DNA from: Leucoraja ocellata
Taxonomy: Eukaryota
Direction: 5' to 3'
DNA length: 64,000 bases
NCBI GenBank assembly: GCA_036785375.1
Contig: JAWMAR010000201.1
Span: 1,798,001-1,862,000, forward strand
In this document: positions 60,501 to 64,000 of the stretch, in pieces
Layout of the letters: each line of letters opens with the position of its first letter
How positions within the stretch are numbered: position 1 is the first letter of the stretch
Notes under the pieces: generated by a model
Database searches by the model: none
What the model saw: the letters and a program-made list of their open reading frames with translations, nothing else
What the model was told of the DNA's origin: nothing
Translations under genes and position numbers: made by a program

Positions 60501-63494
60501 AATAATGTAGCGTGCCACAGGTAATTGTGCATGGATGTGAAAGGCCCAAACATGGCGACAGATATCAGCATAGGTTTTCCACGCGTCCCCAATATTGGCC
60601 TCGTCATGAAATCCGGGGGGAAAGCGCGTGCCTATTTTTTACTGCTCCGAATGAAACGCTTAAACGAAAATCAAGTCATTTTCTGTATTAAGAAGAAACG
60701 CTCTCGAGATACACGAACATTGAACTAATTCGCATTTGTTTCAGTTTGTTCAAATGTTTCAAATTTCCTTCCAGCATTTGCTGAACTCGAATGTTTCCAA
60801 TATGTTTCAGCGATTAGTTACATTCTAACATTTCTAAGGTTTCATTTTTAATAGATTATAATTAATTGTTCCCGTTGATCATAGAAAAATGCAGAAACGA
60901 TTTCATTGAACAACAGATTTCTTACGGTAGACACAAAATGCTGGAGAAACGCAGCGGGACAGGCAGCATCTCTGGAGCGAAGAAATGGGTGACGTTTCAG
61001 GTCGAGATCCTTCTTCAGACACTCTAACAGAATTCTTACGACGGTTGAAACTTTTAGCAATGTCGGACATCGCTGCACTCATAGAAACATAGAAACATAG
61101 AAATTAGGTGCAGGAGTAGGCCATTCGGCCCTTCGAGCCTGCACCGCCATTCAATATGATCATGACTGATCATCCAACTCAGTATCCTGTACCTGCCTTC
61201 TCTCCATGCCCCATGATCCCTTTAGCCACAAGGGCAACATCTAACTCCCTCGTAAATATAGCCAATGAACTGGCCTCAACTACCTTCTGTGGCAGATAAT
61301 TCCAGAGATTCACCACTCACTGTGTGAAAAATGTTTTTCTCATCTCGGTCCGAAAAGATATCCCCAATCATCAAAGATTTTGATACGGATTTGCATCGTT
61401 CAGTACGGATGAGTGATCAAGGGTAATTGTAAGTGATTGGAACGGACGTACGGTGTCGGTTAACCACCTAAACGTAGTTTTATGGATGCTAGAATCCCTA
61501 GAAGTTCTAGAGACGATGCATCAAAATCATGCTTTCAAATTGCATCACAGCCTGGTTTGCGGATAGATCTGCGCAAGAAATGGCACAGAGGACCTGATGT
61601 AGCCCACGCCATATTCGACTTGATTCCCCACCAGTGACCCCATATACAATTCAACCCACCTCGGAATAACAGCCGTCATAACCAAGTCTCGGCCATTCCT
61701 TCGTCTCCCCACCCCCGTGGGGCATAAGATGCAGAAGTTTGAAAACGAGTGCCACGAAACACATGACCATCTTTTTCTCCTCTGTTATGTGACCTGAAGA
61801 TTCCTTTCATAAGCTAGGGTACACAAGCCGATCCCCTCTACCACAGTGTGGTGATTGGACTTCGTCCCACTTGCTGTTGCGCTATAGCTCTAACACATTC
61901 AGCACTGTATCTCTCCCTTCACTCTATAAATTGTATTTCGGTTTGGCTTGATTGTATTTATGTGTATTATTTTCTCATACGATTGGATCGCATTTTCACT
62001 GTACGTCGGTACACGTAAAACTAATAAAACTGCAGCTAAATCTAAGCATAACCTCGCATATACCATGGCACCCCTCCTTCAGTTCCATCAGAAACTCCAG
62101 CAACACTGCAAACATGCAAACCAAACCATCAATATATATGTCCAAATCATTTATAAAGATCCCAATAGAAATCCAGCGCAAATCCCTACACATCTCCATT
62201 GGCCACAGTCCTCCAGCCAGAATTCACCATAATTCTTTGTCTTCTGTTAGTAAGCTAATTCTGCATTCGTAACACCAAATCACCGTTAACCAGCGCGTTT
62301 TCAAATTCTGCATTAGCCTATTCAGGGGGACGTTATCAAATGCCTCACTGTATTCCATATAGACAACATCTATGGCCTTACCTTTATCGTGCATATTCGT
62401 ACTCTACTCAAAAAAGTCGATAAAGTTAGAAAGATATATCCTGCCGTCAACAAAGCCGTGTGGACTATCCCTAACTAGCCCATTCTCTTCAAAGCAGAAG
62501 AGACAGCTATCCTGAAGAATCCACTCCAATAGTTTTCCTACCAACGACCTGTGGCTCATCGGCATGTAATTCCCTGCATGCTTTTAATTTCAGTGCTTAT
62601 GCAGATGAAGACTACAAGCTACACTCCATCCCTCCGGGATCTAAACTATCATTAATGAAGATTCCAAAATCCCCTGCAATCACATTATTTCCCTCTCTTA
62701 CTAACCTATGAGAGATCCCATATATCCACCGCAATACTTTTCAACAGCCTCGTAACTACTGCACATTTTTCTGTCCTTAAACTGTACTTGCATATTTGTA
62801 TTCTCCATAGTGATCTCATTATCCTGCATGCCCGTCTGCTTGGTGAATACACATCCAATGTAGTTTACTATCCCTCCTCCACCCTCTGACTCCTTTGTTC
62901 TTGTGCGGCACCATCTTCTACAAACTGCACGTGTAAAATACATGGGATTTTCTATAATCCGATTGGCCAGCGAATTTTCATGCCCTCTAATCGCAAGAAC
63001 AGGCTGGCACTGAGGTTTCATCACCTGGCCATTAACAGATGCTAGATGCTAGTATTAGGTCTGGTATAGTTCCTCCTCGAGTTAGACTATGCACATAACC
63101 TTTTCGGATTTAGCCAAATCCAGCTTTGCCGCACTACTGGTCATGTTATGAAGGAGAACGCGAGCTGGGTCGCTCGGGTAGTGAAATCTCAATTATAATT
63201 CAGGCTTTCTTTCATACAATGACCGGGTAATCTTGTAACCGGTAGTATTTTGTGCCACGCACAAATATACCGCACGTCCATTGATACCCAATTAATTGAT
63301 CTGACAAATTTACTGACTGAACACTTACACAATTCGAAAGCCGTTGCTATGTTTAACTATCCATGCTTTTTTAATTACGTTCAACTGTAAATTATATTGG
63401 TCAGCTGCCATTAGGAGAATCCTCCAAATAGATTAACGTTATTTCTGTCTTGCAGAAAATATATATCAAGATAAGCTACGAGATAACGAAAAAG
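1599..63494 (+). CDS. Partial multi-exon gene (both ends outside the window): about 32 phase-1 micro-exons encoding a ~337-aa coiled coil with a 21-aa repeat
   Basis: Each exon has an acceptor AG and a GT (once GC) donor, a length divisible by 3 and the same phase. Joined: (E)[336 protein letters not shown]. No stops, no Pro. Confidence 0.88.
2230..2901 (+). repeat. GC-rich interspersed repeat ending in a (TTCA)n tail
   Basis: GC-rich body with poly-G runs and a tcattcattcatccattcattc tail. Similar GC-rich blocks lie at ~19170-19980, ~24720-25310, ~25690-25960 and ~26500-26750. Family unresolved. Confidence 0.45.
2934..2960 (+). CDS. Micro-exon 2 (27 nt) [11 protein letters not shown] donor
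   Basis: ttatcacag|ATGAC...ATAAAG|gcaagt. Confidence 0.75.
3619..4382 (+). mobile_element. Non-autonomous Helitron-like element
   Basis: A|TCTAATTACTAAAAGGCTCACCTTG ... GTGGGAC-aaggagccaacgg-GTCCCAC hairpin, then GGTCTAG|T. Confidence 0.78.
6557..6592 (+). CDS. Micro-exon 3 (36 nt) [12 protein letters not shown]
   Basis: ttattctcag|AAATC...GATCG|gtaagt. Confidence 0.88.
6801..6815 (+). CDS. Micro-exon 4 (15 nt, tentative) EKEKR
   Basis: cctttcacag|AAAAGGAGAAGAGAG|gtaaat; irregular size, but it preserves heptad register together with exon 5. Confidence 0.55.
7575..7760 (-). mobile_element. CR1/HER1-type LINE 3' end
   Basis: caatagacaataggtgcagg...cccttcgagccagcaccgccattcaat matches the reverse complement of the CR1 tails at ~34060-34135 and ~60110-60177. 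Confidence 0.75.
9059..9085 (+). CDS. Micro-exon 5 (27 nt) DLEKHNLIE
   Basis: catcttaatag|ATCTA...CGAAG|gtgaga; an alternative in-frame acceptor 6 nt downstream would give 21 nt. Confidence 0.65.
10441..10657 (-). mobile_element. tRNA-derived SINE with a (TTA)n tail
   Basis: Minus strand: B-box GGTTCGAATCCC, body gtgtccttggggcaagacactt, tail gtgctatataaataagattattattatt (L2-like 3' end). Confidence 0.7.
11230..11830 (+). mobile_element. Degraded CR1 LINE fragments
   Basis: [14 protein letters not shown]...WIQNCL (RT-like), followed by a CR1-type 3' region. Confidence 0.65.
12790..14490 (+). mobile_element. 5'-truncated Rex1/Babar-type non-LTR retrotransposon with an uninterrupted RT ORF (12904-14322)
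   Basis: [57 protein letters not shown]; tail (TCTGAA)n. Confidence 0.93.
15378..15404 (+). CDS. Micro-exon 6 (27 nt) DEEMREKNA
   Basis: ttttggtacacag|ATGAA...CGCAG|gtgcaa. Confidence 0.75.
15436..15540 (-). mobile_element. Retroposon 3' tail ending in (AAG)n, RTE-like
   Basis: cttcttcttcttcttgcgtatggcgtgcacagcc...; family call is tentative. Confidence 0.4.
15541..15596. repeat. (TA)n microsatellite
   Basis: Directly visible. Confidence 0.95.
15680..16150 (+). mobile_element. CR1/HER1 3' fragment
   Basis: [10 protein letters not shown]...LDRYMD, then an 8-bp terminal repeat gactctat x2. Confidence 0.8.
17158..17193 (+). CDS. Micro-exon 7 (36 nt) [12 protein letters not shown]
   Basis: gcttcaccgcag|AGATA...TACAA|gtaagg. 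Confidence 0.85.
17408..17570. repeat. G-rich low-complexity tract (GGGGTGTG-type)
   Basis: Same composition as the Helitron cores; no termini seen. Confidence 0.6.
18345..18525 (+). mobile_element. CR1/HER1 3' fragment
   Basis: Nearly the same sequence as 33926-34135. Confidence 0.8.
19098..19124 (+). CDS. Micro-exon 8 (27 nt) TGSITAQHE
   Basis: ttttattcag|CGGGA...TGAAG|gtaacg. Confidence 0.78.
20440..21560 (-). mobile_element. Degraded Rex1-type LINE fragment
   Basis: [11 protein letters not shown]...[12 protein letters not shown] resembles the start of the 12.8-kb element; many frameshifts. Confidence 0.6.
21853..21888 (+). CDS. Micro-exon 9 (36 nt) [12 protein letters not shown]
   Basis: ttttctcag|AAATT...TAATG|gtgagt. 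Confidence 0.87.
22375..22920 (+). mobile_element. CR1 3' fragment
   Basis: [10 protein letters not shown]...[15 protein letters not shown]-like coding remnant plus 3' UTR. Confidence 0.8.
22992..23018 (+). CDS. Micro-exon 10 (27 nt) EESLTVKDK
   Basis: accttcag|AAGAA...TAAAG|gtgggg. Confidence 0.83.
25325..25688 (+). mobile_element. Rex1-type LINE 3' end
   Basis: [22 protein letters not shown]; tail aataaacttgacttgacttga. Confidence 0.7.
26038..26073 (+). CDS. Micro-exon 11 (36 nt) [12 protein letters not shown]
   Basis: acctcttcag|AATTG...AAATG|gtaagc. Confidence 0.9.
26790..27026. mobile_element. Palindromic MITE, PIF/Harbinger (Tourist)-like
   Basis: Long inverted repeats TGCCCCTGTCCCACTT... 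/ ...AAGTGGGACAGGGGCA flanked by TAA on both sides. Confidence 0.85.
27225..27960 (-). mobile_element. Degraded non-LTR RT C-terminal fragment, clade unresolved
   Basis: [10 protein letters not shown]...VYANDAIIY (degenerate YADD); [17 protein letters not shown]. Confidence 0.75.
28123..28149 (+). CDS. Micro-exon 12 (27 nt) VQQRKRESD
   Basis: caccatcag|TACAG...TGACG|gtaaga. Confidence 0.75.
28759..28794 (+). CDS. Micro-exon 13 (36 nt) [12 protein letters not shown]
   Basis: cttgatacag|GACTC...TTGTG|gtgagt. Confidence 0.87.
29838..29864 (+). CDS. Micro-exon 14 (27 nt) EQDLRKTTN
   Basis: aataaccag|AACAA...CAATG|gtaagc. Confidence 0.85.
30068..30393 (+). mobile_element. tRNA-derived SINE, HE1-like
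   Basis: A-box-like ggtgtcgcagcggt, B-box ggattcgatcc, CR1-shared tail gggccgaagggcctgtttccgtgctgtat, (TAAAC)n end. Confidence 0.8.
31384..31419 (+). CDS. Micro-exon 15 (36 nt) [12 protein letters not shown]
   Basis: ctcatttatag|AAATA...GGCCA|gtaagt. Confidence 0.87.
32193..32219 (+). CDS. Micro-exon 16 (27 nt) KQGLKNKDT
   Basis: tttatcattag|AACAA...TACAG|gtgaca. Confidence 0.85.
32600..35200 (+). mobile_element. Old fragmented CR1 LINE with nested younger insertions
   Basis: ORF1 esterase-like [14 protein letters not shown] (~32800); endonuclease remnants [10 protein letters not shown] (~33650) and [11 protein letters not shown] (~34190); RT C-terminus ~34700-35200. Interrupted by a Penelope fragment and a younger CR1 3' piece (~33760-34135). 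Confidence 0.7.
33005..33380 (-). mobile_element. Degraded Penelope-like element 3' fragment
   Basis: Minus strand [22 protein letters not shown] resembles the C-terminus of ORF 47692-48261. Confidence 0.7.
35340..35375 (+). CDS. Micro-exon 17 (36 nt) [12 protein letters not shown]
   Basis: ttgcattacag|ACATA...TTGCG|gtgagt. Confidence 0.87.
36930..37520 (-). mobile_element. CR1 3' fragment
   Basis: [16 protein letters not shown]...[12 protein letters not shown]...GIWNAMP. Confidence 0.8.
37900..38330 (-). mobile_element. Degraded CR1 3' fragment
   Basis: Similar to 36930-37520. Confidence 0.55.
39548..39574 (+). CDS. Micro-exon 18 (27 nt) EKSLTQKNK
   Basis: ccttacattag|AAAAA...CAAAG|gtaagg. 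Confidence 0.87.
39986..40021 (+). CDS. Micro-exon 19 (36 nt) [12 protein letters not shown]
   Basis: ctcctgttcag|TATTA...TACAG|gttaga. Confidence 0.83.
40256..40468. other. Assembly gap (N run)
   Basis: 213 N. Confidence 0.99.
40660..41275 (-). mobile_element. Rex1-type LINE RT C-terminal fragment
   Basis: [11 protein letters not shown]...[11 protein letters not shown]...[11 protein letters not shown], homologous to ORF 12904-14322. Confidence 0.85.
41628..41654 (+). CDS. Micro-exon 20 (27 nt) DEELNNKNK
   Basis: ttccctgcag|ACGAA...CAAAG|gtaagc. Confidence 0.88.
41670..42634. mobile_element. Harbinger-like MITE, longer member spanning a gap
   Basis: Inverted ends GCCTGTCCCACTTAGATGACCTCCACAGCAACCTCTGGAGAC / GTCTCCAGAGGTTGTTGTGGAGGTCTCCTAAATGGGACAGGC; TIR related to 26790-27026. 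Confidence 0.75.
42284..42449. other. Assembly gap (N run)
   Basis: 166 N. Confidence 0.99.
43940..44031 (+). mobile_element. 92-bp Penelope-terminus-derived insertion with a hammerhead-like core and a 13-bp TSD
   Basis: CTGAAGA-agggtctggaacc-GAAACGTC; flanked by TCTGGACTCAGGT at 43927-43939 and 44032-44044. Confidence 0.65.
44143..44178 (+). CDS. Micro-exon 21 (36 nt) [12 protein letters not shown]
   Basis: cctctccgcag|AATTA...TAGCG|gtaagt. Confidence 0.88.
44885..44911 (+). CDS. Micro-exon 22 (27 nt) EEKLLNKTK
   Basis: tttcactgcag|AGGAG...CAAAG|gtatgc. Confidence 0.87.
46531..46566 (+). CDS. Micro-exon 23 (36 nt) [12 protein letters not shown]
   Basis: attatgccag|AGTTG...TTGTG|gtaagt. 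Confidence 0.88.
47110..47136 (+). CDS. Micro-exon 24 (27 nt) EMNLRNKGK
   Basis: ttgctgctag|AAATG...AAAAG|gtatgg. Confidence 0.86.
47488..48240 (-). mobile_element. Penelope-like element 3' part (GIY-YIG endonuclease plus terminal repeat)
   Basis: [33 protein letters not shown]...[12 protein letters not shown]; terminal ctgaagaagggtttcggcccgaaacgttg. Confidence 0.9.
48240..51040 (-). mobile_element. Degenerate Ty3/Gypsy LTR retrotransposon internal region
   Basis: Minus-strand order: gag (50573-50851, zinc-knuckle remnants ~50210-50310), protease (IVDAGS ~49950), RT N-terminus ([20 protein letters not shown]), integrase ([15 protein letters not shown]). RT core and RNase H deleted; multiple stops; no LTR pair seen. 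Confidence 0.85.
51157..51192 (+). CDS. Micro-exon 25 (36 nt) [12 protein letters not shown], paralog of exon 23
   Basis: catcgtacag|AGTTG...TTGTG|gtaagt. Confidence 0.88.
51741..51767 (+). CDS. Micro-exon 26 (27 nt) ELNLRNKGK, paralog of exon 24
   Basis: ttgctgctag|AACTG...AAAAG|gtatgg. Confidence 0.86.
52150..52900 (-). mobile_element. Degraded Rex1-type LINE fragments
   Basis: [20 protein letters not shown]...; a [11 protein letters not shown]-like frame matches the KAHQRLYFLRR region after a frameshift. Confidence 0.6.
53424..53660 (-). mobile_element. CR1/HER1 3' end
   Basis: catagagtcatagagt...ggaaacaggccctt; reverse complement of the 15900-16150 type. Confidence 0.78.
54726..54761 (+). 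CDS. Micro-exon 27 (36 nt) [12 protein letters not shown]
   Basis: tttgttttcag|AACTG...CACAG|gtgagt. Confidence 0.9.
56595..56633 (+). CDS. Micro-exon 28 (39 nt; an internal GT would give 27 nt) [13 protein letters not shown]
   Basis: gttttgcag|AAAAG...AAAGG|gtgatt; alternative donor CGAA|gtaaag after 56621. Confidence 0.78.
57170..57976 (+). mobile_element. Helitron-like 3' part with a ~780-bp C-rich (CCCCACAC-type) tract
   Basis: Ends CCAACGGGTCCCACTTAGTCTAG|T like the other two copies; no 5' end found. Confidence 0.65.
58275..58310 (+). CDS. Micro-exon 29 (36 nt) [12 protein letters not shown]
   Basis: ctttctccag|AATTA...TTGTG|gtaggt. Confidence 0.9.
58756..58782 (+). CDS. Micro-exon 30 (27 nt) EQNMSAKEK
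   Basis: gcttttccag|AACAA...GAAAG|gtgagc. Confidence 0.88.
59750..60177 (+). mobile_element. CR1/HER1 3' fragment
   Basis: [12 protein letters not shown]...[12 protein letters not shown]; tail attgtctattgtctat. Confidence 0.85.
60235..60270 (+). CDS. Micro-exon 31 (36 nt) [12 protein letters not shown], paralog of exon 27
   Basis: ttttctcag|AACTG...CTCAG|gtgagt. Confidence 0.9.
61081..61360 (-). mobile_element. CR1/HER1 3' end, young
   Basis: (atagaaac)n tail followed by conserved 3' UTR; shorter copies at ~58343-58436 and ~31990-32130. Confidence 0.85.
62050..63000 (-). mobile_element. Degraded CR1 RT fragments
   Basis: [18 protein letters not shown]; minus strand [14 protein letters not shown] (~62330-62370). 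Confidence 0.65.
63456..63494 (+). CDS. Micro-exon 32 (39 nt) [13 protein letters not shown], paralog of exon 28
   Basis: tgtcttgcag|AAAAT...AAAAG|gtgact. Confidence 0.82.
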
Positions 63495-64000
63495 GTGACT
63501 ACGCATAAGATTTTGGACTATAATTGTTTGGATCTTGTAAGTTAACTTTAATCATGCTTGCTGATTTTGATTAATATTTACCCAAAGCAACGGATGTTTT
63601 CGGTGGTTTTGTATCGTCCTACATACATTGTTCACCATTCCTTGCATTATCTACTGCTATGAAACGCACGCAAGTTCTAATAAATATGTAAACCATTCCA
63701 AGGCCTGCATCTATATCACCAACAAAACGACAACGTCCGGTCTTCCCAAGGGCCAATTTTCAATACAACCCCGCTATCATGCGATTCCATGAATATCCGC
63801 ATAACTGTCGGACTCGAACTTACATATCTGAGAGGCCAAACCTCTTGCTGGGAGGGGACGAGGGAATCCCAAAACATTAATATCGTTTCTTATCTCTGTC
63901 TTGAATGGCCTTTACATAATGCGAGGCCAGAAGAAATATAAGCAACACTTCTCCATTGGTCCCTGGTTCCCGCTCTGCTACTACATTACACCATGACTGA

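Noticed and set aside
1599-63494. Naming the gene (butyrophilin/BG, CD23-like lectin, myosin, golgin, tropomyosin)
   Set aside because: No diagnostic domain in the window; generic coiled-coil similarity is not evidence of identity.
1-64000. Prokaryotic-type systems (CRISPR, operons, defence loci)
   Set aside because: The sequence is eukaryotic, intron- and TE-rich, with no regular repeat-spacer array.

Overview
Vertebrate genomic DNA, most likely a cartilaginous fish (skate/ray). This is inferred from the repeat content: CR1/HER1-type LINE tails, an HE1-like SINE, Rex1/Babar-type LINEs and Penelope-like elements. The ORF track shows only TE remnants and low-complexity noise. Reading splice signals by eye, however, reveals that the whole window is the interior of one + strand gene built from about 32 micro-exons. 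All are phase-1/phase-1, they mostly alternate 36 nt and 27 nt (12+9 = 21 aa = three heptads), and they splice into a stop-free, proline-free coiled coil of about 337 aa. The array has grown by tandem duplication of exon pairs and quartets. Neither end of the gene is in the window, so it cannot be named. Introns contain non-autonomous Helitrons with G-rich cores, a young Rex1-type LINE, nested CR1, Penelope and Gypsy remnants, Harbinger-like MITEs, SINEs, short elements with hammerhead-like motifs, and two assembly gaps. Exon coordinates were counted base by base; most TE boundaries are approximate.
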